The notes: generated by a model not told the origin, from the sequence alone. Positions 9,804 to 19,759 are shown, counted from the first letter of the stretch. The stretch is 64,000 nt of DNA from Burkholderiales bacterium (GCA_023701005.1 JAMPXW010000001.1:207843-271842), one strand, 5' to 3'. Made by a program: numbers and translations.

Positions 9804-10206
9804 AATATTTTTTTATTTTTTCTACTTCTTCTTTAATAGTAAAGAGAGCCTCTTTGTTTACAAATTTTAATCCATTGTATTCTATCGGATTATGTGAAGC
9901 TGTGATTATAATTCCTCCATCATAATTATTATTCCTAACGGAAAAGAGTACAGTCGGGGTAGGTAACACATCTCCATCTATCGCATTTATCCCAATATTT
10001 TGTAATTCTTCCAGTATTATTTTTTTTATTTCAGGGCCACTTTCTCTGCCATCTCTTCCTATTAGAATAGTGGGGGAATCTTTGCCAGATTCTTCTTTTG
10101 TAAAATATCCAAAAGCTCTGGCATATTTTGATACGATGTCTTTTGTTAAAGTTTCGCCCCAGATTCCTCTATATCCAGAGACATTTAATTCAGGTTTTAA
10201 TGGCAT
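9790..10206 (-). CDS. Phosphomannomutase/phosphoglucosamine mutase, domain I (split gene)
   Basis: SGYRG, GRDGRESG, ITASHNP phosphoserine loop. Confidence 0.85.
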   Translation of the reverse strand: MPLKPELNVSGYRGIWGETLTKDIVSKYARAFGYFTKEESGKDSPTILIGRDGRESGPEIKKIILEELQNIGINAIDGDVLPTPTVLFSVRNNNYDGGIIITASHNPIEYNGLKFVNKEALFTIKEEVEKIKKYYDHS

Positions 10207-10279
10207 CTTTCCATTTTAACATAAAAGAATTTGTATAAGAAAACTTTTTATCATCCATTTTAGATGCTAATATGTATTT

Positions 10280-10726
10280 ATGGCTAATTATGCAGAAAAC
10301 CGAAAAATATACTTTAATTACGAGATTATAGAGAAATACGAGGCAGGTATTGAACTTTTGGGTATTGAAGTAAAGTCTGTGAGGAAAGGTAGGATGTCTT
10401 TAGATGGGGCTTTTGTGATAATAAGAGGGGAAGAAGCATTTTTGATAAATGCCAATATTCCAGCTTATCAGCAAAATAATACTCCCAAAGATTATGATCC
10501 ACTTAGAAATAAGAAACTTTTACTCACTAAAAAAGAATTAAATATTTTGATAGGAAGTGAGAAAAACAAGAGTTTGACAATAGTTCCAATTTCAGTGTAT
10601 AATAAAAATAGAAAAATTAAAGTAGAAATTGCTTTAGTTAAAGGAAAGAAAAATTATGATAAACGTGAGTCTATCAAAAAACGTGAGACAGATCGCGAAG
10701 TGAGAAGAGAGTATAAAGGACGTTGA
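10280..10726 (+). CDS. smpB: SsrA-binding protein
   Basis: EAGIELLGIEVKSVR, GKKNYDKRE; adjacent to tmRNA. Confidence 0.97.
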   Translation: MANYAENRKIYFNYEIIEKYEAGIELLGIEVKSVRKGRMSLDGAFVIIRGEEAFLINANIPAYQQNNTPKDYDPLRNKKLLLTKKELNILIGSEKNKSLTIVPISVYNKNRKIKVEIALVKGKKNYDKRESIKKRETDREVRREYKGR

Positions 10727-10740
10727 TAATAAGAATAGCT

Positions 10741-10822
10741 GGTCCCGAAAAATGGCTTTGCCATTTCGGGACTCGCAAAAGAATGGGCTTGCCGCGAGAT
10801 GCGGTGGAGCCGCATTTTTCGC
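10741..10822. repeat. GC-rich multi-hairpin intergenic element
   Basis: gtcccgaaaaatggctttgccatttcgggac and atgcgg-tggag-ccgcat hairpins in AT-rich context. Confidence 0.55.
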
Positions 10823-11220
10823 GGGGATGTCAGGCATAGACGAAAGGCCTAATGTCTAAGATGCATGTCGAGTACGGACGTAATCTCGTAAAAATTCGTT
10901 CAAATGTTAATTGCAAAATTGACTTCTAAAGCTAAAGAATTAGCTTCTCCATACTTCGGTATGAAGGACTTTTCTTTCGCTCCAGCTTTCGCGTAAGCCA
11001 AGGTTGGTGTCTTACTTATAGACTTCCGATATATAAGATAAGGCATAATATTATCGGGATAGGGAAGAAGGAGCTTCGACTTTTTCTAGAAAAACAAAGA
11101 AGATCGATTAAGAATATTTCATTCGCTTAAGAATTTTTAATCTAAAACAAAAAGCGTTTTACACATGTAGACTTCTTTACAGAAACCTTTTGCACCGGGG
11201 TTCAATTCCCCGCATCTCCA
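10823..11220 (+). ncRNA. ssrA: tmRNA
   Basis: Acceptor ggggatg/catctcc-a, T-arm cggggttcaattccccg, tag ORF ending APAFA*, next to smpB. Confidence 0.93.
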
Positions 11221-11320
11221 CAAAAATAAAAAATATAATGATTATATTTTTGTAGGACCCCGACGGAGGAGGGGTGTAAGAATTTTAATTTTTAGGTTTT
11301 TTGTGCTATGATACTGAATC

Positions 11321-13252
11321 ATGGATCTTAATTTTTTAAACCAAAAAGAACAAGGAAATAAGAAAAATAAAGGTAGAAAAGGCAAAGAAAATCCAAAATT
11401 TTCAGGTAGTGTTTTGGGCGCTATTTTGATTTTTATGACCATTACAGCTCTTTATCTAATGATAGCTGGTAATTCAAACAAAACCACAGAGATTTCAATT
11501 TCTGAATTAGCTAAAAATGTATCTTCTCTTGAAGTGAAAAATATTTTAGTTGAAGGAGAGAAGCTCACTGTCACATATAAAAATGATGATGTTAAGACTT
11601 CTAAAAAAGAAACAGAATCTTCTCTTACACAAACTTTATTTAATTACGGAGTAACAAAAGAAGCTTTAGCTTTAACAGACATCCAAGTAAAGAATGAAAG
11701 TGGTTTTTGGTATTGGATTCTTAATATAATGCCATTTCTTTTGCCGATAATTTTTATTGTTTTTTTCTTTTGGTATTTATCTAGACAAGTAAAAGGTTCA
11801 AGTATGCAAGCCTTTTCTTTTGGGCAATCAAAAGCACGTATCACTGATCCTAATGATAAAAATAATAAAGTGACCTTCAAAGATGTCGCAGGCTGTAAAG
11901 AAGCAAAAGAAGAATTGAAAGAAATTGTAGATTTCTTAAAGAACCCTAAAAAGTTTTTAGATATTGGTGCGAGAATACCGAAAGGAGTTATCTTAACAGG
12001 CGCACCAGGCACAGGAAAGACTTTGCTTGCGAGGGCTGTAGCTGGAGAAGCAGGCGTGCCATTTTTCCATTTATCTGGTTCAGAATTTGTTGAAATGTTT
12101 GTTGGTGTCGGAGCATCTCGTGTACGCGATTTATTTAAAATGGCTAAAAAAGCCGCACCTGCCATCATCTTTATGGATGAGATAGATGCTATCGGCCGTA
12201 CTCGTGGAGGTGGTTTTGGAGGTGGTAATGATGAAAGAGAACAGACATTAAACCAAATTCTTGTTGAGATGGATGGATTTGAACCGAATGAGAAAGTCAT
12301 CGTTATGGCTGCCACAAACAGACCAGATGTTTTAGATCCAGCTCTTATTCGTCCAGGTAGATTTGATAGAAAAGTTTTACTTGATCTCCCAGATCGTGTC
12401 GATCGAGAAGAAATATTAAATATACATGCTGTACAAAAACCATTGGCAGAGGATGTGAATTTGAAATTAATTGCAGAGAGAACTCCTGGATTTTCAGGTG
12501 CAGATTTATTTTCTCTAATGAATGAAGGTGCAATTTTAGCTGCTCGCGAAAATAGAAAAAAAGTTTTTCAATTTGACTTAATCCGTGCTATTGAGAAAGT
12601 AATGTTAGGCCCCGAAAGAAAGAGTCATTTGCTTTCTAAAAAAGAAAAAGAAATTACTGCTTATCATGAAGCGGGGCATGCATTGGTGGCTTCCGTGCTT
12701 CCATTTGCTGATCCTGTGCACAAAGTTTCTATTATAGCTCGTGGCAATGCAGGGGGGTATACTTTGAAATTACCATTAGAAGAGAGGAAGCTTCAATCAA
12801 AGAGAGAATTCATTGATGATATTGCCATGTCTTTGGGTGGATATGTAGCTGAGAAAATGATTTTTGGGGATATAACTACAGGGCCTTCGAGTGATTTACA
12901 AGTAGCGACAAATCTTGCTCGAGCTATGGTAACACGTTGGGGCATGTCTGATTTGATTGGCCCTGTAGCTTTGGGTGGAGATGGAGGAAAATTAAGTTGG
13001 GGCGAAAGCAGAGAAGATGGATATTCTGAAACAATCTCAACCAAGGTAGATTCTGAAGTTTCGAGGATTATAAATGATGGAATAAAATCAGCAGAGAAAG
13101 TTTTGAATGAACATAGAAAAGCATTAGATGCTATTGCATTTAAACTTATTGAAGTTGAAACCCTAGAACAGGATGAATACAATAAGATAATCATTGCAAA
13201 TGGTATAATGCCAAAAACAAATGAAGAGGCAAAACTAGAGATAAAAAGTTAA
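11321..13252 (+). CDS. ftsH: ATP-dependent zinc metalloprotease FtsH
   Basis: Two TM segments, [11 protein letters not shown] ([10 protein letters not shown]), HEAGH. Confidence 0.98.
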   Translation: MDLNFLNQKEQGNKKNKGRKGKENPKFSGSVLGAILIFMTITALYLMIAGNSNKTTEISISELAKNVSSLEVKNILVEGEKLTVTYKNDDVKTSKKETESSLTQTLFNYGVTKEALALTDIQVKNESGFWYWILNIMPFLLPIIFIVFFFWYLSRQVKGSSMQAFSFGQSKARITDPNDKNNKVTFKDVAGCKEAKEELKEIVDFLKNPKKFLDIGARIPKGVILTGAPGTGKTLLARAVAGEAGVPFFHLSGSEFVEMFVGVGASRVRDLFKMAKKAAPAIIFMDEIDAIGRTRGGGFGGGNDEREQTLNQILVEMDGFEPNEKVIVMAATNRPDVLDPALIRPGRFDRKVLLDLPDRVDREEILNIHAVQKPLAEDVNLKLIAERTPGFSGADLFSLMNEGAILAARENRKKVFQFDLIRAIEKVMLGPERKSHLLSKKEKEITAYHEAGHALVASVLPFADPVHKVSIIARGNAGGYTLKLPLEERKLQSKREFIDDIAMSLGGYVAEKMIFGDITTGPSSDLQVATNLARAMVTRWGMSDLIGPVALGGDGGKLSWGESREDGYSETISTKVDSEVSRIINDGIKSAEKVLNEHRKALDAIAFKLIEVETLEQDEYNKIIIANGIMPKTNEEAKLEIKS

Positions 13253-13256
13253 AAGC

Positions 13257-13320
13257 TTGTATAAAAATACGAACCAGTATATACTTAACTAGTAATTACT
13301 AATCAATGGTTCGTATTTTT
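13257..13320 (+). promoter_or_regulatory. Sigma70 promoter overlapped by a 14-bp inverted repeat (putative operator)
   Basis: TTGTAT-17-TATACT; aaaaatacgaacca (13263-13276) / tggttcgtattttt (13307-13320). Confidence 0.65.
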
Positions 13321-13322
13321 TT

Positions 13323-13979
13323 ATGGCAAGAAAAAAAGATAAACAAAAAGCTATAGTTATGCGTCAGAAAGGAATGAGTTATAGTCAAATTGAAGAGAAA
13401 ATTAAAGTAAGTAAAAGTACTCTAAGTGAGTGGCTTCGCGATATGCCATTATCAGAAAAAAGAATCAGAGAACTACGTGCTGATAGTCCTATTCGTATTG
13501 AAAGGTATAGAAATACAATGAAAGCAAAAAAAGATACTCGGTTAGAAGAGGTTTATAAAAAAGTATCTAAAGATATAAATAAACTTTCAAAAAGGGATTT
13601 ATTTTTAGCAGGATTGTTTTTATATTGGGGAGAAGGTACAAAAGCACAAAATTCTTTAGTTGCAATTACAAATACTAATCCCGCTATGGTTAAGTTTTTC
13701 ATAAAGTGGTTAGAATTGTTTGGGATAAGAAGTAAAGATTTAAAAGTTAAAATACATTTATATTCTGATATGGATACGAAGGCAGGTCTTGATTTTTGGT
13801 CAAAAGAGCTTAAAATACCCTTAAGTCAGTTTTATAAGCCATATATTAAAAAAACTAATTTAAAATCTATAACATATAAAAATGGCTTTGGAAAAGGGAC
13901 TTGTAGTGTTATATTAGGAAGTAGGGATTTATGGGAATATATAATGATGGCGTTAAGGTATATTTCAAAAATTAGTTAA
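13323..13979 (+). CDS. HTH plus LAGLIDADG-like domain protein
   Basis: N-terminal HTH (GMSYSQIEEKIKVSKSTLSEWL); LAGLFLYWGEG helix followed by TNTNP. Confidence 0.7.
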   Translation: MARKKDKQKAIVMRQKGMSYSQIEEKIKVSKSTLSEWLRDMPLSEKRIRELRADSPIRIERYRNTMKAKKDTRLEEVYKKVSKDINKLSKRDLFLAGLFLYWGEGTKAQNSLVAITNTNPAMVKFFIKWLELFGIRSKDLKVKIHLYSDMDTKAGLDFWSKELKIPLSQFYKPYIKKTNLKSITYKNGFGKGTCSVILGSRDLWEYIMMALRYISKIS

Positions 13980-13988
13980 TAAAGATAT

Positions 13989-14061
13989 CCGCACTTAGCT
14001 CAGTTGGTAGAGCAATCCGCTTATACCGGATCGGTCCTTGGTTCGAGTCCAAGAGTGCGGA
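13989..14061 (+). tRNA. tRNA-Ile (anticodon TAT)
   Basis: Acceptor ccgcact/agtgcgg, anticodon arm atccg-cTTATAc-cggat (TAT at 34-36), T-loop ttcgagt. Confidence 0.92.
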
Positions 14062-14107
14062 CAATAAATAAAAAGAAGAAAGAGTCACATGGTGCTATAC
14101 TTACTCA

Positions 14108-15481
14108 ATGACTCAAGAAGAAGCACTCACAATAATGAAAACTGGTGCGAATGTTTTTTTGACTGGCGAACCTGGAGCAGGAAAAACTTACACTATAAAT
14201 AAATATGTTGATTATTTACGTCTACATGAAATAAATCATGCTATTACTGCTAGCACGGGAATAGCTGCTACGCATATCGGTGGTATGACGATACATTCGT
14301 GGAGTGGTATTGGTATTAAAGAAAATTTGGATAAATATGATTTAGACAAAATAGCGACTAGTGAATATATATGTCGTCGAGTACGTAAAACCAAAGTTTT
14401 GATAATTGATGAAATCTCTATGCTTCGAGCAGAGACGCTTTCAATGGTAGATCTCGTGTGCCGAGAAATAAAACAGAATAGTGAACCGTTTGGGGGTATT
14501 CAAGTTGTCTTGGTTGGAGATTTTTTTCAACTTCCACCAATTGAAAAAAGGAACGTAGAAGAGCAAAAACAAAATAGTTTATTAGAAGAAAAACGAGAAC
14601 GTTTTGCTTATGAGTCTGATGCCTGGAAACGTTTATCTCCAGTAGTGTGTTATATCAGCGAACAGCATCGTCAGAATGACATAGACTTTTTGGAACTTCT
14701 GTTGGCTATCCGTCATGACGCAGTATTAGATAAACATCGAGGTAAAATTAAATCACGTCACGTTTTAGATAATAAATTTCCAGATAATATCACAAAACTT
14801 TTTTCACATAATTTAAATGTTGACAGAGTAAACGATGAGATGCTTTTGAAAATAGAGGGAGAAAATTTTAAATTTAACATGGACGAAGATGGTTCCTCTC
14901 ATCTTGTAGCTACTCTCAAAAAAGGATGTTTATCTCCGGAAATATTAATTTTGAAAAAGGGTGCAGTTGTGATGTGTACTAAAAATAATCAAAAAGAACA
15001 TTTTGTAAATGGTACCCTTGGTACGGTAGTAGATTTTGATTCTTTCTCAAAACATCCGATCATCAGAACAAAAAATGGTAGAAATATAACAATTTCACCA
15101 ATGGATTGGACGATTGAAGAAAATAATAAAATAAAAGCGAAGATTACTCAAATTCCACTTCGTCTGGCCTGGGCGATGACTGTCCACAAAAGCCAAGGGA
15201 TGAGCATGGATGCTGCTGTGATGGATTTGTCATCTGTTTTTGAATATGGACAAGGTTATGTTGCGCTTTCTCGTGTAAGAAGTCTTGATGGATTGTACCT
15301 TTTAGGATACAATGAACATTCTTTGAAAGTACATCCACAAATATTAAAGCAAGACAGTGTCTTTAAAAAAGAATCAGAAAATGCACAACAGACTTTTTTT
15401 ACTCTCAGTAAAGAAGAAATAAAAAAGATGCATAAAAATTTTGTGCTTGCTCTAGATGGTAAGTGGAAAGAGAGTAAGTAA
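14108..15481 (+). CDS. PIF1-family SF1B helicase
   Basis: GEPGAGKT, IIDEISM, GDFFQLPP, TVHKSQG, YVALSR. Confidence 0.92.
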   Translation: MTQEEALTIMKTGANVFLTGEPGAGKTYTINKYVDYLRLHEINHAITASTGIAATHIGGMTIHSWSGIGIKENLDKYDLDKIATSEYICRRVRKTKVLIIDEISMLRAETLSMVDLVCREIKQNSEPFGGIQVVLVGDFFQLPPIEKRNVEEQKQNSLLEEKRERFAYESDAWKRLSPVVCYISEQHRQNDIDFLELLLAIRHDAVLDKHRGKIKSRHVLDNKFPDNITKLFSHNLNVDRVNDEMLLKIEGENFKFNMDEDGSSHLVATLKKGCLSPEILILKKGAVVMCTKNNQKEHFVNGTLGTVVDFDSFSKHPIIRTKNGRNITISPMDWTIEENNKIKAKITQIPLRLAWAMTVHKSQGMSMDAAVMDLSSVFEYGQGYVALSRVRSLDGLYLLGYNEHSLKVHPQILKQDSVFKKESENAQQTFFTLSKEEIKKMHKNFVLALDGKWKESK

Positions 15482-15485
15482 TTTT

Positions 15486-17651
15486 TTACTCAAAATGAAA
15501 TTCTTGAGTTTTTTCTTTTACTTTAGATTTGAGTAGAGGGTATTTGGAAAGTTCTGAATCTTCTTCTATTAAGCGTATGGCTTCAGAGCGAGCAGCTTCT
15601 ACCATTTTTATATTTTTAATAGCTTCCATCCCTAGATCAGAAATACCCCATTGTTTTGTACCACCCAATTCTCCAGCTCCACGTAGAGTCAAATCTAATT
15701 CTGCTAATTCAAAACCATTTTTGGCAGTTTTTAATGCTTTTAATCTTTGAATTGTTTTGTCACTTTTGGCATCCGCAAATACATAACAATAAGCTTGATA
15801 ATTACTTCTGATGACTCTTCCACGCAGTTGATGAAGTTGAGCTAAACCAAATCTTTCTGCTCCCTCTATTATTATCATTGTTGCATTTGGCACATTTACT
15901 CCGACCTCTATAACAGATGTTGCACATAATATATTTATTTTACCTTCTGTAAAATTTTGCATTTCTTTTTCTTTTTTTTCTTTACTCATCTTGCTATGCA
16001 ACACACCTATTTCATATTCCTGAAAGACATCTTTTTTTAAACGTTTAGCTTCAGCTATGGCTGATTTGGCTTGAACAGCCATTTCTTTATTTGGATCTGG
16101 TTCGTCTATTCTTGGACAAATCACATATAATTGTCTACCATTTTTTAATTCCTTTCTTATTTCTTCATAAGTTTCTTCGCGTTTGTCAGGGGTTATTATT
16201 TCTGTGATTATTTGTTTTCTTCCTTTAGGCATTTCTGAGAGCAAAGAGAGATCGAGATCTCCATATATTGTAAGTGCAAGTGTGCGGGGAATAGGAGTAG
16301 CTGTCATCGAAAGTAAATGTGGGGCAATGTTGTCTTTACGAACCAATTTTCGTCTTTGGGCTGTTCCGAATCTATGTTGTTCATCTATCACGACTAGTGC
16401 TAGGTTTTTGAATTTAACAGTTTTTTGTATGAGAGCATGCGTGCCTATTAAAATCGGAATTATGCCTTCAGCGGTCCATTTTAGAAGTTGTGTACGAGAA
16501 ATATCTGTCCATCCTGATGGATTTACTTTAGAAGGGAATTTGCGACAGCCGCTACCTGTGATGAGCCCTATGTTTATTGGTAAATGTTTGAAATATTTTA
16601 TAAAAGATTCGAAATGTTGAGTTGCCAATATTTCTGTTGGAGCCATGTATGCAACTTGTAAATTTCCGAAACCTTTTCCTTGGGGAGTCTGTACCACAGT
16701 GGTGTATGCAGCTGTGGCTGCTACAGCTGTTTTTCCACTACCGACATCACCTTCTAGGAGTCTAGACATTGGAAAGTTCTTACCCATATCATCTAAAATA
16801 GTTTGGATGGATTTCTTTTGAGAATCTGTAGGTTCAAAAGGGAAGCGTTTTACGAATTCATCTTTTTCTTTTATGTTTGTTTTTATTTGAAAAGATTTGT
16901 TTTTTCTATATTCTATTTTGTCGTGTTGGCGTTCTAATTGGATACAAAATACTTCTTCGAAAGCGAATCTTTTTCTTGCAGATTCAGCATCTTTTTTGTT
17001 TTTTGGTGAATGTATCCAAAATAATGCTGATTTAATAGAAGGTAAATGATATTTCTCAAGTATTTCTTTTGGTATATAGTCTTTTATATTATCTAATGTT
17101 TTATCTTTTATGATTTCTAAAATTTTATGATAAAACCACTTAGAAGTTATACCACGAGTTTCAACATAAACAGGAAAACCAAAGACCTCACTTTCTTTTT
17201 TCTTTTCGAAATTAAATAAATTATCATGTATATCAATCGGCATTGAATTTACTTTCTTAAATTCAGGATTAGCTAAATATTTACCTCTTTTGTTTTCCAT
17301 TACTTTTCCTGTGAGTTCTACGAATTGTCCTGAGCGAATCATTTTAGCAATGTATGCTTGATTAAACCAGACAACTTTTATTTTTCCAGTTTCATCTATT
17401 ATTTCTCCTTGTGCTCTTAATATTTTGCTTTTATATCCTCGTTTAATATCAGGACTCCAAAATTTTCCATAGACTGTTGCAAATTCTCCAGCTACTAACT
17501 GGCTAATAGGTTTTATCTCACTAATATGAGAATACCGAACAGGAAAATGAAAAAGTAGATCAGCAACAGAAAAAAGTTTTAACTTATTTAAAGCTTTTTT
17601 CTGATTTATATCTAGACGAAATATATTTTCTAATCTGTCAGATAATTTCAT
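15486..17651 (-). CDS. recG: ATP-dependent DNA helicase RecG
   Basis: GDVGSGKT, DEQHRFG, MTATPIPRT, QLRGRV, wedge domain. Confidence 0.96.
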   Translation of the reverse strand: MKLSDRLENIFRLDINQKKALNKLKLFSVADLLFHFPVRYSHISEIKPISQLVAGEFATVYGKFWSPDIKRGYKSKILRAQGEIIDETGKIKVVWFNQAYIAKMIRSGQFVELTGKVMENKRGKYLANPEFKKVNSMPIDIHDNLFNFEKKKESEVFGFPVYVETRGITSKWFYHKILEIIKDKTLDNIKDYIPKEILEKYHLPSIKSALFWIHSPKNKKDAESARKRFAFEEVFCIQLERQHDKIEYRKNKSFQIKTNIKEKDEFVKRFPFEPTDSQKKSIQTILDDMGKNFPMSRLLEGDVGSGKTAVAATAAYTTVVQTPQGKGFGNLQVAYMAPTEILATQHFESFIKYFKHLPINIGLITGSGCRKFPSKVNPSGWTDISRTQLLKWTAEGIIPILIGTHALIQKTVKFKNLALVVIDEQHRFGTAQRRKLVRKDNIAPHLLSMTATPIPRTLALTIYGDLDLSLLSEMPKGRKQIITEIITPDKREETYEEIRKELKNGRQLYVICPRIDEPDPNKEMAVQAKSAIAEAKRLKKDVFQEYEIGVLHSKMSKEKKEKEMQNFTEGKINILCATSVIEVGVNVPNATMIIIEGAERFGLAQLHQLRGRVIRSNYQAYCYVFADAKSDKTIQRLKALKTAKNGFELAELDLTLRGAGELGGTKQWGISDLGMEAIKNIKMVEAARSEAIRLIEEDSELSKYPLLKSKVKEKTQEFHFE

Positions 17652-17654
17652 GTG

Positions 17655-17741
17655 CGGAGGTGGTGAGATTCGAACTCACGGTTCCGATTAGGGAACGGCG
17701 GTTTAGTAAACCGCTACCTTAAGCCACTCGGTCACACCTCC
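17655..17741 (-). tRNA. tRNA-Ser (anticodon ACT)
   Basis: Acceptor ggaggtg/cacctcc, G73, long variable arm, anticodon arm gcggt-ttACTaa-accgc. Confidence 0.88.
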
Positions 17742-17810
17742 TTTCACAAAAAGAGTATATCAGAAAAATGGAAAAAAGATAAGAATATGCTAAAGTAAAT
17801 AAGTAAAAAA

Positions 17811-17902
17811 GGAGCTGTGTCGGAGCGGTCTAACGTACGACTTTGCTAAAGTCGCAGAGGCTTTAAAACCTCTCGGGAGTTCGAATCTCCCCAGCTCCGC
17901 CA
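17811..17902 (+). tRNA. tRNA-Ser (anticodon GCT)
   Basis: cgact-ttGCTaa-agtcg, long variable arm, ends GCCA. Confidence 0.95.
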
Positions 17903-17998
17903 GAAAATTCGAAAAGTAGTGACAAAACCCTTTAATTTGTGCTACATTTTCAAACTGAAAATTGTTAGAATGTAATAACCCTAAAGGGATTCAAACTT

Positions 17999-18571
17999 AT
18001 GGATTCAGACATTAAAAATCAGATCTTAAAACTTGTCGAAGAAATTACTCCAACTGATGATTTTGAGCGTGAACAAATCGATGATACGATCCTGTGGATT
18101 AAAAGCGGAGCAAAATTGTTTCGTATCCAAAAGCCAGACATTCCTCCAAAACATCTGGTTTCATATTTCATTATCTTTGATCCGAAGATAAACAAAATAC
18201 TTCTCATTGACCACATAAAGGCACAGCTATGGCTTCCGGCCGGTGGACATGTAGAGCCGAACGAACATCCAAAAACAACGGCTGAAAGAGAAGTTGTTGA
18301 GGAGTTAAATACTCAAGCCGAGTTCCTATATGACGGAATATTTTTCCTTACGCAAGCTGTTACCGTAGGTTTGACGGCAGGACATACGGATGTAAGTCTG
18401 TGGTATGTACTTAAAGGTGATTCAAAAATTACTCTCCAATATGATCCTGGAGAATTTAACGGCTACAAATGGTTTAGTCCCGAGGAAATCCTAGATACAC
18501 CGATTGAAAAACTCGATCCACATCTTCATCGGTTTGTGAAAAAATGGATTAAGTATTCCGACACCTCGTAA
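17999..18571 (+). CDS. NUDIX hydrolase
   Basis: GGHVEPNEHPKTTAEREVVEEL Nudix box. Confidence 0.9.
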   Translation: MDSDIKNQILKLVEEITPTDDFEREQIDDTILWIKSGAKLFRIQKPDIPPKHLVSYFIIFDPKINKILLIDHIKAQLWLPAGGHVEPNEHPKTTAEREVVEELNTQAEFLYDGIFFLTQAVTVGLTAGHTDVSLWYVLKGDSKITLQYDPGEFNGYKWFSPEEILDTPIEKLDPHLHRFVKKWIKYSDTS

Positions 18572-18601
18572 ATCGCTTAGAGAAACTTCGCCGAGACAAT
18601 C

Positions 18602-18903
18602 TTGGGGATAAGCTACGTTTTGGCTGGAGAGATTTATAAGAAAATATCTGTATTTACTTCTCTAGGTATAGCTTTTTTGTTTACAAGCATAGTCAGCTTG
18701 TTGATATCTTTTTCTCTTGGTTATTTTAAATTATATATTGCTAATATAATGCGACATTGGCTGGATTAGTGGAGATATCTTATCCCATCTTTATAGCTAT
18801 TTTTAGTTATTTGTTGTTAAAAGAAAAAATAACCATTACGACATTTGTTGGGGGAATTATAGTTTTTATTGGAATATCTATAGTTTATTATTTCAATCGT
18901 TAA
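18602..18903 (+). pseudogene. Degraded EamA/DMT transporter remnant
   Basis: Frame 1 GISYVLAGEIYKKISVF...; after a frame break NATLAGLVEISYPIFIAIFSYLLLKEKIT...GGIIVFIGI; N-terminus missing. Confidence 0.7.
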
Positions 18904-18997
18904 ATATTTTTGTTAAGAATCTTTTTATTTTATAGGTATGATATACTTATGTTTAGATTTATAGTACATTTTAACATCATAAAGGAGATTGTAATCA

Positions 18998-19759
18998 ATG
19001 AGTGCTTGGATTAAGTCTTTTCGTTTATTTGGTTGTTTCCTTATGGTTTCCTTAACCATAATGAGCTTTGTTTTTGCTAGGATAAATATATTTTGGGAAG
19101 CAGTTATCGCAGTATTTTTTATTACTAGTGCAACAATGCTCCAAAATGATTGGCGTGATAGGTTCCATGATATCCATAAGGATAAAATGCTTGCCTTTCA
19201 ACAACCAAGAAAATTTTTTGCATTGTTATTAATATTTTGGTTGATAAGTTGGACCTTGATAGGTTTTATTGTTGCCCTTAACCTGAATATTGGTATTGTG
19301 CTAATTATTTTTACAGTTGTAGGGATCGTATATTCAGAAACCCGCATGATTCCGTTTATACCAATTGTTCTTGTTTCGTTTGCTTCAGCAGGTCCAGTGA
19401 TCTTTCCACTTGTTATGGGTGCAAATTCTGGGAAACTTTTTCTATTATTTTTTTCAACGGTATTTATTGTCTTTGCTAGAGAGATAATAAAAGACTTAGA
19501 CGATGAGCAAATTGATAATGGCTACAAATGGACAATTCCGCTTGCGTTTGGAGAACAACGTGCAAGAATACTTACTGCTATAATTATTATTGTGTGGTTT
19601 GTTCTTGTTGTAAAAATTTCATTGATGCTTTTATTAGTAATTCCTTTTGTGGTTATTGTTTTAGTTGCACTCATTTGTGGGGCTAAGCCACTTATGGTTA
19701 AAAGATATCTTAACATGGTAATGGTTCTTGTTATTTTTTTGCTCATTATTTTCGAGTAA
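18998..19759 (+). CDS. UbiA-family prenyltransferase
   Basis: Polytopic; NDWRDRFHD and REIIKDLDDEQID aspartate-rich motifs, TIP. Confidence 0.85.
   Translation: MSAWIKSFRLFGCFLMVSLTIMSFVFARINIFWEAVIAVFFITSATMLQNDWRDRFHDIHKDKMLAFQQPRKFFALLLIFWLISWTLIGFIVALNLNIGIVLIIFTVVGIVYSETRMIPFIPIVLVSFASAGPVIFPLVMGANSGKLFLLFFSTVFIVFAREIIKDLDDEQIDNGYKWTIPLAFGEQRARILTAIIIIVWFVLVVKISLMLLLVIPFVVIVLVALICGAKPLMVKRYLNMVMVLVIFLLIIFE

Noticed and set aside
11251-11280. GC-rich patch after tmRNA as an att site or repeat
   Set aside because: Too short and degenerate; no second copy found in the window
11644-13194. Long antisense ORFs within ftsH (and similar ones in recG, proC, thrS, ligA)
   Set aside because: Fully overlap well-supported genes and have no motifs
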